DNA of 64,000 nucleotides, from NCBI GenBank assembly GCA_001661245.1, contig KV454014.1, forward strand, positions 512,954-576,953, in the 5' to 3' direction. The stretch is from Pachysolen tannophilus NRRL Y-2460 (taxonomy: Eukaryota). A model generated the notes under the pieces. That model searched no databases and was not told the origin of the DNA. It saw only the letters and a program-made list of their open reading frames with translations. Shown one piece after another: positions 35,725 to 47,785 of the stretch. Numbering within the stretch: the stretch's first letter is position 1; every line of letters starts with the position of its first letter. A program made the translations under genes and the position numbers.

Positions 35725-36253
35725 GACTAATAACTTTTTTTTTTTGTCAACACTCTTTTTTCTTAGAAATTCACTTTGTTTTTTTTCCTTTTTTTTTTAA
35801 TTTTTTTAATGGTTATATATTGTATTTGATTTAACACATGTTTTATGACTTATCTTGTAGCCCAGCTAAAATATAATTACTAAATTCTTAATTGTATTAT
35901 TCTTCTATTCTTCTATTACTATTGTACTAATTGATATTTGAAAAGATTTTTGAAAGAAAAGTCGTTTATAGTTCACAAAGTATTTTATTGCAACAAAATT
36001 TTTTAGGTAAACAATATCAAGAGAAGTTGGTTTCATTATTTGAAACTACAAATAACACATTTATTGTGATTATTGTTTAGAATCAATTTTTTGTCGGTTT
36101 CAAGTATTGAATATAGAGAATTTACTAGAGATAGATAGAGTCATATATATATACATATATATTATTTAAAAGAAGGGGATAGGTAAAAATTGAGGTATAG
36201 TTCTTTTTTTTTTAAAAAAGAAAAAAAAAACAAAAAAAAAAAAATTGTTCATA

Positions 36254-37330
36254 ATGTCATTATTTGGTGCTTCTTCAACTACAAATACAACAGGAATAAC
36301 GCAAGCTTCAGAGCAAGATTTAGCTTATGATATAACGGTACAAGATGGGCCTGAGGATTCGATTTCGGATCTTGCGTTCTCACCGGTGGCGGAATTTTTA
36401 TCAGCTTCTTCTTGGGATAAAAAAGTTCGGATCTATGAAGTGATGGCAAATGGTACAACACAAGGTCGAGCTCTTTATGAACATGAAGCACCTGTACTTA
36501 GTACACGTTGGTCAGCGGATGGTACAAAAGTGATCAGTGGTGGGTGTGATAAGGCTGTCAGATTGTATGATATACAAAGTGGTCAGCAACAACAGATTGG
36601 TATACATGATGCACCAGTTAAATCTGTTAGATATGTTGAAGTTACTAATAGCAATCAACCTGTTGTTGTTAGTGGTTCTTGGGATAAGACTTTGAAGTAT
36701 TGGGATATGAGGACTCCACAGCCCATTGCCACGATTAATTTACCAGAGAGAGTTTATGCAATGGATTCTTCACAAAAATTATTAGTTGTTGGTACTGCTG
36801 AGAGACATGTTATAATTATAGATTTAAATAATCCACAACTGATTTTTAAACAAACCATGTCACCTTTGAAATGGCAAACAAGAACCATATGTTGTTATCC
36901 TCAAGGAAATGGTTATGCTCTTGGTTCAATTGAAGGTAGATGTGCTATACAGTATGTTGATGAACAAGATGAACTGAATAAAGCAGGTTTTTCATTTAAA
37001 TGTCATAGAGATATAAAACAAAGAGAAAGTATCATATATTCATTAAATTCCATATCGTTTCATCCAATTTATGGTACTTTTTGTACTGCAAGTTCAGATG
37101 GTACATTTAATTTTTGGGATAAAGATGCAAGACATAGATTAAAAGGTTTCCCCAATTGTAAAGCTACAATCTCCACCACTGCCTTTAATAGAAATGGATC
37201 AATATTTGCGTACGCATTGAGTTATGATTGGTCAAAGGGGTACCAATTCAATAGACCAGATTATCCAAACGTTATTAGATTACACCCTACAAAAGACGAA
37301 GAAATTAAGCAAAGAAACAAAAAGCGCTAA
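36254..37330 (+). CDS. GLE2: mRNA export WD40 protein Gle2/Rae1
   Basis: [24 protein letters not shown] and [10 protein letters not shown]. Confidence 0.96.
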   Translation: MSLFGASSTTNTTGITQASEQDLAYDITVQDGPEDSISDLAFSPVAEFLSASSWDKKVRIYEVMANGTTQGRALYEHEAPVLSTRWSADGTKVISGGCDKAVRLYDIQSGQQQQIGIHDAPVKSVRYVEVTNSNQPVVVSGSWDKTLKYWDMRTPQPIATINLPERVYAMDSSQKLLVVGTAERHVIIIDLNNPQLIFKQTMSPLKWQTRTICCYPQGNGYALGSIEGRCAIQYVDEQDELNKAGFSFKCHRDIKQRESIIYSLNSISFHPIYGTFCTASSDGTFNFWDKDARHRLKGFPNCKATISTTAFNRNGSIFAYALSYDWSKGYQFNRPDYPNVIRLHPTKDEEIKQRNKKR

Positions 37331-37805
37331 AAGAATACTAAAAGAATAATAAAAGAATAAAGGGAAACCTTTAAATAGTATAGTAGTATAGAAGAAATAA
37401 TTGTTGTTAAATTCACCCACACTTGTACTTAACTTTGTATTTCATTCACACTTTCTCTGGGGAAACTACAAGATATTTCACCATAGTTACCCTACTCTTG
37501 ACCCCAAAAAAAAAAATAAAAAAAAATTAGGCAGATTTCCTTGTTATTGTGATCCAAATACCAAAATACAACAACAACAATAACAACACCACCGTAGTAA
37601 TAGTAATAGTAGTAGTAGTAGTAGTAGTAGTAGTTGAAAAAAAAAAAGAATAAACACTACAAAAAAAATAAGGTTTTTCCCGTGTCACTAGAACTGCCCT
37701 GCGTCGACTTCTCCAGCAGCGAAAAAATATGTAGAAAAGTACTCCTGAAGATAATAATCTTTTGATAGTATTCCAACTTAAATTCACTCCACCACATAAT
37801 AATAG

Positions 37806-37841
<36 letters not shown>

Positions 37842-38398
37842 TTACTTATAATAATACTTATACTTATACTAATATTAATATTAATATTAATATTAATATT
37901 AATACTAAAAAAAAAAAAAAGTAAAAAAAGTTACAATTAAATAAATAAATAAATAAATATATATATATATATATGTATATTTATTTATTACTTAATAATA
38001 TTATAACTATTCATCCTTTAATTATTATTTTTAATTTTTTTTTAAGCTTTTTTTTTTTAAACTTCAAAAAAAAAAAAAATTAATATTGATTGATTTTGGA
38101 TTTTAACTGATATACAATATTAGTATTGTTTAAAGATTCTTGCTTTTTTTTTAAAAAAAAATTTAAATTGGGAGGAACTAAAATAATCATCAATTTCTTT
38201 TTTTTCTTTTATTTTTTTTTTTTTTTTTTTTTAGCTCCTGATAGTTATTTGATATTTGTATTGCTAAAAGTTGGGGGGAATCATAAGTTTTAACGAGTTT
38301 TGGAAGTTACCAAAAAAAAAGAAAAGAAAAGAAAAGAAGAGAAGAGAAGAAGAAGAGAAAAAGCCATTTAAGCGCCCATAGAAGAAGTATACAAAAAT

Positions 38399-39617
38399 AT
38401 GAGCCAGTCAGGTACTCCTCGTAGTGCGCATCAAGCACCACAGCCAAATAGTCATACACCGGTTGATTCAGCGGCGGTTACGTCAAATAACAATGGTAAT
38501 AATAGTAAGAGTAATATTAATAGTAATGGCAGCGGGAATGGAAATAGCAATAGCAATGGGAATGGTAATGGCAATGGAAGTGGAAGTGGAGGCGGTAGTG
38601 GGAATGGCGGCGCCAATTCTCAGATAAAAGCAACAATCACAGATTCCACAGCTACGAATTCAAGACAATTGTTGAATGCTTATATATATGATTTTTTAAT
38701 CAAGAGTGGATTATCTAGTACTGCCAAAGCTTTTTATCAAGAAGCAGAAATACCAACAACTCTGAATAATTTATCATCAATCAAGAGAAATAATTCTTTG
38801 GATAATGATTTACCTCCTTTAGCAATGTCTATGGATGCTCCACAAGGATTTTTATACGAATGGTGGCAGATTTTTTGGGACGTTTTCAATGCTAGAACCC
38901 ATAGAGGAGGTTCTGCTGCTGCACAACAATATTATAATTTACATTTGTTAAAACAGCGCCAAGAACATTCGTTCCATGGTATGAGTGCACAAGCAATGCA
39001 AGGTCAAGGTCATAATCATCCTCAGGGCCAATCCCAATCTCAACCTCAACCTCAATCCCAAGCTCAATCCCAAGCTCAAGCACAGCAGCAAGCACAGCAA
39101 CAGGCTCTGGCACATGCTCAAGCACAAGCTCAGGCCCAGGCACAAGCTCAAGTTCAAGCTCAAGCACAACAGCAAGCCCAGGCACAAGCTCAAGTTCAAG
39201 CTCAAGCACAACAGCAAGCCCAGGCACAAGCACAAGCACAAGCACAAGCTCAGGCCCAGGCCCAGGCTCAAGCTCAAGCTCAGGCACAAGTTCAAGCAAT
39301 ACAAGCAGCAGCTGCTGCTCAGCAAGCTCTTATGTCAAATAACAATGGAGGTACTGCAGGGGGTTTCAGCAATGGAACAAGTCCATCTCATATAGTCACT
39401 CCACCTGGAAGTAATATACCACCACAAGTCTTGGCTGCACAGAAAAGAATGGTGGGACAAGTTCCTCCAACAACTTCAAATATGAACGTTGCAGCTAGAA
39501 TTCAGCAGCAGCATGCACAGCAGCAAATGCATACGTTACGGAAACAACAGCAGTTGGCTCAGAGACAACAACAACTGCAACAACAACAACAACAACTGCA
39601 GCCACAACCGCAACTGC

Positions 39618-39648
<31 letters not shown>

Positions 39649-41419
39649 TAGAGGAAGTTCTGCAGGCATCCCAACTGCTTCTGAACTTCAATTACAATTA
39701 TCTCCATCCAAAAGACAAAGAATGGGCGAGCCACTACAAGCACAGCATCAGCAGCAGCTTTCACTTGAGAATCACAGTAATCCTAGTAATAGTAATGGTC
39801 ATACTCCAACTCATGCTCATCAGATTCCGCCGAACACGTCTCAGTCACCACATAATACACAGTCACAGCAACAGATACCTCCACAAGGTATGATAATGCC
39901 AACCCAATTTAATCCTCAATTAGCAGCAGCTATGTTTGCACAACAACAACTGCAGCAGCAACATCAACAACAACAACAACATCATCAACAACTGCAACTG
40001 CAACCACAACTGCAGCAACAGTTGGCTTTTCAACAGCAACACATGATAGGCTCGCAGCAGCAAGCGCCACAACCTCAATCTCAAGCTCAATCTCAACAAC
40101 AACCACAACCTCAGCAACTGCAGCAACCACAGCAAATGGCGTTTAATGAGCAACAGCACCTGCAACAACAACAACAACAGCAACCGCCTTCACTGCAAAA
40201 ACTTTCGGGAGATTTGTATAATGACACGTTTGGAGTAGGAAATATGGTAGTTCCACAAGGAAACCAACAACTGCAGCAGCAGCTGCTGCAACTGGTACAA
40301 TCTCAAACACAACAACAACAACAACAACTATCACATAAGCAACTCCCACAAATTCAGCAATCAAGTGATCCTTCATCTAACGGCGGCTTTATTAGAACTA
40401 ATACCACTCTTAATGGTTTACATGATTATCAAATGAAATTGATGTCAATTGAAAGAACCAATAAGAAAAAATTGGAAGATGTTAAAAATCTTGAGATCAA
40501 ACCTGATAATCAAAATATAGCTCTGATGCCACAACGACATTTGATTAACACACCCCAGATGACAAGTTCTGACTATAATAATTTGATCAACTCCCAGATT
40601 CAACTGCTGCAACAACAGCAGCAGCAGAAGTGGCAGCAGCTGCAAGCTGCAGGAAATAATATGAGCAACACAAATATGCCACCCCCTACTATATCGAGAG
40701 TCACTCCGTCTTCATCACCTGCAGTTTCAAATCAGCAAGCACCCCAAAGTAGAAATGGTTCTGTAATAAGCGTAACTTCTGCTCCATCTTCAATGGCTCC
40801 AGCGACTAAGAAGCAAAAAAGAACAAGAAAGAAGAAAAGTACGGCAAGTGCTAGCGAGCCACCTACGCCAACAACACCAGCTACACCAGCTAATGCTCAG
40901 ACTCCTCTGATTTATCCAACATCTGCAACATCTGTTCCAGTATCTTCAAATAATGGCCCAACATCTGCACCGGCAGTAGCAGTCAAACGAGGTGCCAAAA
41001 GAAAGGATGCGCCTACAGATACTGCTGCGCCTACTCCTACAAGTATAGGCTCTGACATTAAAGTGAATGGTAATAATCTGCAGAAGACATCGCCTAATAT
41101 TGGGGTAAATGGTAATTCTCTTAACAATACAAATAACGTTAGCGGTGGTATGAACAACAATCCTACTAATAACAACGCCAGCAACACCAATAACAGTAAC
41201 GCTACCAATAATGGGGTTCCTGCTGTTCCAACTGTTAATAACAAAAATGCAGTAACTGATATAAATACTGACTTTTTAGGAGGTGCCGATTCTATTTTTT
41301 CGGAATTTAATAATGCAGCAAATGGTGATGAGATGTTTAATATGTTTTACGATCCAGAAACAGACAATAATAATAACGGCTTCATGTTTAATTGGGGTGA
41401 CAGTATTACAGAGAGCTGA
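38399..41419 (+). CDS. FLO8: LisH/LUFS-domain Q-rich transcription factor, Flo8/Mss11 family
   Basis: [28 protein letters not shown] and LHDYQMKLM. Near KAP123 and GLE2, as in S. cerevisiae chromosome V. Confidence 0.8.
39030..39320 (+). repeat. Coding poly-QA minisatellite including an exact 42-bp tandem duplication (39137-39178 / 39179-39220)
   Basis: caggcacaagctcaagttcaagctcaagcacaacagcaagcc occurs twice in tandem. Confidence 0.9.
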
Positions 41420-42209
41420 TTTAAAGCAAAAATATAGAAAAAAATAGAAAACAGGAATTTTTTTTTTTTTTCAACTATTTGAACATAAAAGAAAATCAAA
41501 GGAGTGGGTTTTAATTTTATTAGATGTTTTGTAATACTAGATTTTTCACAGGTTTTGTTTGAGTTCAATCTCACAATTAAAACTATTTTTGTCTATTTTG
41601 TTATTTATAACGTTTTGTGTTTATTGGCTTGAGTTTTTTTTTTTTTTTTTTTTCTTATGAAAAAAAGGTGCTAATTCTCCTTTATTATATTTTGATTTGC
41701 CTTTCTGTTTAATGGCTGCTAATTTTTATTCAGGTTGTTATTTTTTTTTCTTTTGCTATCTTTCATTCTCCTATACAAAAAACTTTTTTTCTTTGCTTTC
41801 TTATTGACTTGTCTTCAAGCACAATATTTGCTAACTTTTGCTTTATATATTTCTCATTTAATTTTTTTTTTTTTTTTTTATTTGACTTTTATTAAGAGAA
41901 AGGACGAAAACGAAAAGATTAGTTGTTTTTACCATCAAATAACTTTTTTCGCATAGAGAAGATTTACTTAATTCTTGTCTCATATTCTGTTTATTTGTTT
42001 TTCAATTCTGCAGTTGGTCTTTCGAATTCGATCTTATTATTATTATTATTATTTTTTATTTTGTTATATGTACAGTATTAAAAACCATATAGTCAATTAA
42101 TTGTTCTTTATTTAAAAGAAAACTGCTATTTAAATCCAAATTTTACATATTATCATCTTTAAATAAAGTCCTGTATACACATGAATCAATTTTTCAAAAA
42201 AAAATATTT

Positions 42210-43673
42210 TTATTTTTCTTTCTTTTCAAGCTTTTTGTCATCCTTTTCTTCTAGCAAGTTATCATTCCACCAAATACCTACCAAGACAAACAGCAAACAT
42301 GCAATTAAAACTCCCGAACTCAATGGCGTTGAAGGGTAAACATTCCAACACCATTCATGTAAAAAAAATACAGCAATATTTAAAAACATATTAAAATTGT
42401 TGAAAAATAATAAAATTGGCAATGAATAAAAATACCAAGATAAGAATTGATAATGTAATGATCTTGCATATAACACACCAATTAAGTTTGATATCGACAT
42501 TATTATGAAAACGAATCTTGGTCCCTTGTTATGATTTGAAACAATAGAAGTTGGGTAGGCTGTTGATTTCCAAAATTTGAAAAAATCTGCTAAAAATTTA
42601 GTAAAAGATTTTCCTGTTGTCTTTGGAGTTATCCATCTTGTCAAAATAAAAATAGCCAATGTAACAACATGTAAAATTAAAAGAATTTTGTGGAAATTCA
42701 GATCCAAGAAAAATTCTTCTGGTAAAAATTTCCAATTAACAGTCCATTTATATAAAAATTTTCTTTTAAAATTAAATGCTTGTGCTAAATATGATTTTCT
42801 AATTTCTTTTGCTTCTTCTGAATCATCTAAAGGTAATAGAAATTTTAATGATGTTAAAATTTGAATTAATACAGACACCATTATTGGAACCATCATTTTA
42901 ATTAAATTTTCATCACATAAAAGATAAACCACTAGCAAGAATCCGGGCAAATATAACAATGCATTCATCTTAATTGAAATGGCTAAACTGTATAAATCTG
43001 CTGCAACAATTGTTAACATATAAGATACAAATTGACTTGTTGATTTCCAATAAGAGGCCTGTGTTAACAATAATATGACACCAACACAAGTTATTGTTGT
43101 AAAACAATCATTAAATAATCTCAAGACATAAATAGAGTGCAATCTTTTAGAAAAAAATAATAACCAAATACACCATGGTTTAATATTAGAATTAGTTATT
43201 GAAAAATATATTCCAATAGTTAACAACATTGTGAAAAGATAAACCCAACTAAAAATTTTTTGTACAATAAGTAAATCTGTACCATTTTTAGAAACCCATT
43301 TTAAAAAAGTATAAATATCCACATGACCTGCAGGATAAACCAAATCACCAGTATCACCAAAGATATTGGCATAATTCAATTCTCCATTCTCAATCTTAGT
43401 AACCTGCTGCATATACGTAGTAAAATCAATCTCCGTATACGGTACTTTACTTATGATTACTTTCAAGATTATTGATTCCAGCAATAATACCACCATAGCA
43501 GCTATAAATGAAACAGAAGGATTCACAAATAATGCAATAATACCATCATACACATCCGCCAATACATTGGACAAATTCAATTCAGGCAATTCTTTCCCAG
43601 AAACATCCACATTCCCATTAGAACCATTTTTCGGAAAACCATCTAACAGCGGGGGCGATTTCCCTTTAACCAT
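42210..43673 (-). CDS. ALG3: Dol-P-Man:Man5GlcNAc2-PP-Dol alpha-1,3-mannosyltransferase
   Basis: VPYTEID, LVYPAGH, SKRLHSIYVLRLFND, SIKMN, WTVNW, ARSLHYQF and a dilysine-type C-terminus. Confidence 0.96.
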   Translation of the reverse strand: MVKGKSPPLLDGFPKNGSNGNVDVSGKELPELNLSNVLADVYDGIIALFVNPSVSFIAAMVVLLLESIILKVIISKVPYTEIDFTTYMQQVTKIENGELNYANIFGDTGDLVYPAGHVDIYTFLKWVSKNGTDLLIVQKIFSWVYLFTMLLTIGIYFSITNSNIKPWCIWLLFFSKRLHSIYVLRLFNDCFTTITCVGVILLLTQASYWKSTSQFVSYMLTIVAADLYSLAISIKMNALLYLPGFLLVVYLLCDENLIKMMVPIMVSVLIQILTSLKFLLPLDDSEEAKEIRKSYLAQAFNFKRKFLYKWTVNWKFLPEEFFLDLNFHKILLILHVVTLAIFILTRWITPKTTGKSFTKFLADFFKFWKSTAYPTSIVSNHNKGPRFVFIIMSISNLIGVLYARSLHYQFLSWYFYSLPILLFFNNFNMFLNIAVFFLHEWCWNVYPSTPLSSGVLIACLLFVLVGIWWNDNLLEEKDDKKLEKKEK

Positions 43674-44107
43674 CTTGAATAAATAAATATTAAAGAATAG
43701 CAATAAATTTTGAAGAAACTATGTTCATGTTCTCTTCTATAGATTTCATATACAACATTTTGGCCTACTCAACTACCCAAAACAGACATTTTAGGCAGTC
43801 GAGCGCACGACCACAAATTTCAATATATTAACGTCTTTTTTGAATAAATGGTTCATAGAAACTGAACAAAGTAATAAACAGTGACTTTGCAAAGTCTTGC
43901 AATTGTAAATTGACTAGAGTTTTTAAAACTAGACTCCTTAGGCTATCTAGAAGCCAAAATAATTCTTTTATAGGCAACTATTATAGCGAAGCGCCCTTTC
44001 AATTTATTTTATTCTAATCCTATTGCTGCCATTTATTTCACTGTTTTTTTTTTTGTTGTTTGTTTTTTCTTTGTTTTTTTCTTTGTTTTTTTCTTTGATT
44101 TTTTTCT

Positions 44108-44114
44108 TGACTCA
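44108..44114. promoter_or_regulatory. Gcn4 site TGACTCA upstream of ILS1
   Basis: Perfect consensus about 150 bp upstream of the ATG, next to a poly-T tract. Confidence 0.65.
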
Positions 44115-44260
44115 TCGGCGGTTAATTTTGTAAAAAAAAAAAAATTAAAAAAAAATTAAAATAGTGGACAATATTAATTATTATTAATTCTTTGCAAACA
44201 AGTGATATTTTTCAATAATAATTTGGGAAAATTAAGAAAAGAAGAACCACTTTAGGGAAA

Positions 44261-47200
44261 ATGGCGGAAGAAGTTAAGGCTGCACCTTTTTCTTTTCCAA
44301 GAGAGGAAGAGAAGATTTTGGAGCTTTGGAATGAGATTGATGCTTTCCACAGATCAATGGAAATTACAAAGGATAAGAAACCTTTTTCATTTTATGATGG
44401 TCCACCATTTGCCACTGGTACTCCCCATTATGGACATCTTTTGTCTTCTACAGTTAAGGATATTGTTCCTAGGTATGCTACTATGAATGGACATTATGTT
44501 AGTAGAAGATTTGGTTGGGATACTCATGGTTTACCAGTTGAACATGAAATTGACAAGAAATTGGGTATTACAGGTAAAGATGACGTCATGAAGATGGGTA
44601 TTAAAGCTTATAATCAAGAGTGTAGGTCAATTGTTATGAGATATGCTAATGAATGGAGAAGTACTATTGGAAGATTGGGAAGATGGATTGATTTTGATAA
44701 TGATTATAAAACTTTATATCCAGAATTTATGGAATCTGTTTGGTGGGTTTTCAAAGAATTATACAAGAAAGATTCAGTTTATAGAGGTTTAAGAGTTATG
44801 CCTTATTCAACAGGGTGTACAACTCCTTTATCAAATTTTGAAGCTCAACAGAATTATAAAGATGTTAATGATCCTGCAGTAACTATTGGATTTGAAACTC
44901 TTGAAGATTCAAAAATTATATTAGTTGCATGGACTACAACTCCTTGGACATTACCATCAAATATTGCATTGGCTGTTAATCCAAATTTTGAATATGTTAA
45001 AATTTATGATGAGAAAAAAGATTGTTATTTTATCTTGTTGGAAAGTTTAATTAAAACTTTATATAAAAAACCAGCAAATGAAAAATTTAAAATAGTTGAA
45101 AAAATTAAAGGTAAAGATTTAGTTGGTACAAGGTATAAACCATTATTCCCATATTTTGAAAAAGAATTTAGAGAATATGGATTTAAAGTCATTGGTGCAG
45201 ATTACGTTTCTAATGATAGTGGTACTGGTATTGTTCACCAATCTCCAGCTTTTGGTGAGGAGGATTTTAACGCAGCAACAGCTGCTGGTATCATTAATGA
45301 AAATAGAACTCCACCAAATCCAGTCGATGATAATGGTAAATTTACCAGTGCCGTAAAAGATTGGGAAGGTATTTATGTTAAAGATGCTGATCCAAAAATT
45401 ATCAAATATTTAACTGAAAAGGGTAATCTTTTATTAGCTTCTCAAATAAGACATAGTTATCCTTTCTGTTGGAGATCAGATACTCCATTGATTTATAGAA
45501 CAGTTCCAGCATGGTTTGTTAGAATTAAAGAAATTATTCCTCAAATGTTGGAAAATGTTGACCGTAGTAAATGGGTTCCTTCAACTATTAAAGAAAAAAG
45601 ATTTTCAAATTGGATTGCAAATGCTAGAGATTGGAATATTTCAAGAAATAGATATTGGGGTACTCCTATCCCATTATGGATTAGTGATGATTTTGAAGAA
45701 ATTGTTTGTGTTGGTTCAATCCAAGAATTAAAAGATTTATCAGGAAATCAAAATATTACAGACATTCATAGAGATAGTATCGATGACATTACCATTCCTT
45801 CAAAACAAGGTAAAGGTGTGTTGAGAAGAGTTGAAGAGGTCTTTGACTGTTGGTTTGAATCTGGTTCTATGCCTTATGCATCAAGACATTATCCTTTTGA
45901 AAATGAAAACTCGTTTAAAGACTCTTTCCCTGCTAATTTTATTTCTGAAGGTTTAGATCAAACAAGAGGTTGGTTTTACACATTAGCAGTATTGGGTACC
46001 CATTTATTTAACACTGCTCCATTCCAAAATGTTATAGTCACAGGTATCGTCTTGGCTGGAGATGGTAAGAAAATGTCCAAAAGATTGAAGAATTATCCAG
46101 ATCCAGGTATTATTTTGGAAAAATATGGTGCTGATGCTCTCAGACTTTATTTAATCAACTCCCCTGTTCTAAGAGCAGAGACTTTGAAGTTCAAAGAAGA
46201 AGGTGTTAAAGAAGTTATTTCAAAAGTCTTATTACCTTGGTGGAATTCATACAAATTCTTGGAACAACAAGTTAGTTTATTGAAAAAATTATCCAATGTC
46301 GATTTCAAATATAACCCAAAATTAAGATCTGATAATGTCATGGATAGATGGTTATCGGCTTCCATTCAGTCCTTAATTAAATACATCCACCAAGAAATGA
46401 ATGAATACAGATTGTATGCCGTTGTTCCAAGGTTATTAAACTTAATTGATGATTTAACAAATTGGTACATTAGATTCAATAGAAAAAGATTGAAGGGTGA
46501 AAATGGTGTTGATGACTGTGTAAAAGCTTTGAACACTTTAACTGAAGGTTTGTTTACTTTGACTCGTTCAATGGCTCCATTTACTCCGTTCTTGGCCGAC
46601 AATGTTTACCAGCACATGAAATCATTATTCACCGAAGAATTTTTGCTCTCAGTTTGCTTGGGTGGTGATGACTTAAGATCGGTCCATTTCTTACAGTTCC
46701 CAACTGTTAATGAGGATCTCTTTGATGATAAAATTGAGTTGGCAGTCTCTAGAATGCAAAAAGTTATTGAATTGGGTAGAAATATTAGAGAAAAGAAAAT
46801 GATCTCATTGAAAACTCCTTTGAAACAATTAGTGGTTTTGCATAGCGACGAATCGTATTTGGAAGATATCAGATCATTGTCTAAATACATTGTTGAAGAA
46901 TTAAATGTTAGAGATTTAGTTATCACATCGGATGAGAAAAAGTACGATGTAGAGTATAAGGCAGTTGCTGATTGGCCAGTTTTGGGTAAAAAATTGAAAC
47001 AAGATGCTAAAAAGGTGAAGGCTGCTTTGCCTGAATTATCTTCAGAAGATGTTCAGAAATACCTTGAAACAGGTAAAGTTAATGTTTCTGGCATAGATTT
47101 GATTAAGGGTGATTTGACAGTTATTAGAGCCTTACCAGAATCAACAGTTTCAAAAGGTCAAGAGTATAGGGTTGATGATGTTTTAGTTATATTAGATGTC

Positions 47201-47497
47201 ATCATTTACGACGATTTGAAAACCGAGGGAACAGCTAGAAATTTGTTAAACAGGATTCAGAAATTGAGAAAGAAGGCTGACTTATCTCAAACTGATGATG
47301 TAATTGTTCAATATAATATCGTAAATGATACTATTGGATTAGAAGAAGCTATTAAGGTAAATGAAGAATTTTTGACCAAGAGTTGTAGAAGGCTGTTAGA
47401 ATCGTATTCAGCTGATGTTGATGCGACAAAGATTATCGATGAAGAAGAAAACCAAATTGACGATACTATATTTAAATTAAGATTATTGAGAATTTAG
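44261..47497 (+). CDS. ILS1: Cytoplasmic isoleucyl-tRNA synthetase
   Basis: DGPPFATGTPHYGH, WTTTPWTLP, EGLDQTRGWF and KMSKR. Confidence 0.98.
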   Translation: MAEEVKAAPFSFPREEEKILELWNEIDAFHRSMEITKDKKPFSFYDGPPFATGTPHYGHLLSSTVKDIVPRYATMNGHYVSRRFGWDTHGLPVEHEIDKKLGITGKDDVMKMGIKAYNQECRSIVMRYANEWRSTIGRLGRWIDFDNDYKTLYPEFMESVWWVFKELYKKDSVYRGLRVMPYSTGCTTPLSNFEAQQNYKDVNDPAVTIGFETLEDSKIILVAWTTTPWTLPSNIALAVNPNFEYVKIYDEKKDCYFILLESLIKTLYKKPANEKFKIVEKIKGKDLVGTRYKPLFPYFEKEFREYGFKVIGADYVSNDSGTGIVHQSPAFGEEDFNAATAAGIINENRTPPNPVDDNGKFTSAVKDWEGIYVKDADPKIIKYLTEKGNLLLASQIRHSYPFCWRSDTPLIYRTVPAWFVRIKEIIPQMLENVDRSKWVPSTIKEKRFSNWIANARDWNISRNRYWGTPIPLWISDDFEEIVCVGSIQELKDLSGNQNITDIHRDSIDDITIPSKQGKGVLRRVEEVFDCWFESGSMPYASRHYPFENENSFKDSFPANFISEGLDQTRGWFYTLAVLGTHLFNTAPFQNVIVTGIVLAGDGKKMSKRLKNYPDPGIILEKYGADALRLYLINSPVLRAETLKFKEEGVKEVISKVLLPWWNSYKFLEQQVSLLKKLSNVDFKYNPKLRSDNVMDRWLSASIQSLIKYIHQEMNEYRLYAVVPRLLNLIDDLTNWYIRFNRKRLKGENGVDDCVKALNTLTEGLFTLTRSMAPFTPFLADNVYQHMKSLFTEEFLLSVCLGGDDLRSVHFLQFPTVNEDLFDDKIELAVSRMQKVIELGRNIREKKMISLKTPLKQLVVLHSDESYLEDIRSLSKYIVEELNVRDLVITSDEKKYDVEYKAVADWPVLGKKLKQDAKKVKAALPELSSEDVQKYLETGKVNVSGIDLIKGDLTVIRALPESTVSKGQEYRVDDVLVILDVIIYDDLKTEGTARNLLNRIQKLRKKADLSQTDDVIVQYNIVNDTIGLEEAIKVNEEFLTKSCRRLLESYSADVDATKIIDEEENQIDDTIFKLRLLRI

Positions 47498-47785
47498 ATT
47501 TCGACTATACTTAATTTTTTCATCTTTTCATTTTGTTTTATATCTTGTTCTTTTCATTGACCTTCATGCTTTAAATTGATGTTCAACTTTAAAGTCTCTT
47601 TTTTTTTACAGTTTTGATTTCTTAAATGTTTTGTCATGTATTCTATTTTAGTATATATAATTTTGAATAAATTTTAAATACATTTTTCAGATATTTGAAG
47701 CAAAATATAAATACCCCAACAAGCACTTTATTTCTTGCGAAAAAAATCTTTATTTCCGTAAAAAATTACCCATCTACTCAATTCA

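Noticed and set aside
38892..40645. Many antisense or alternate-frame ORFs over FLO8 (similarly over NRP1, ILS1, LEU1 and RPA43)
   Set aside because: They are shadows of trinucleotide repeats and codon bias, with no independent motifs.
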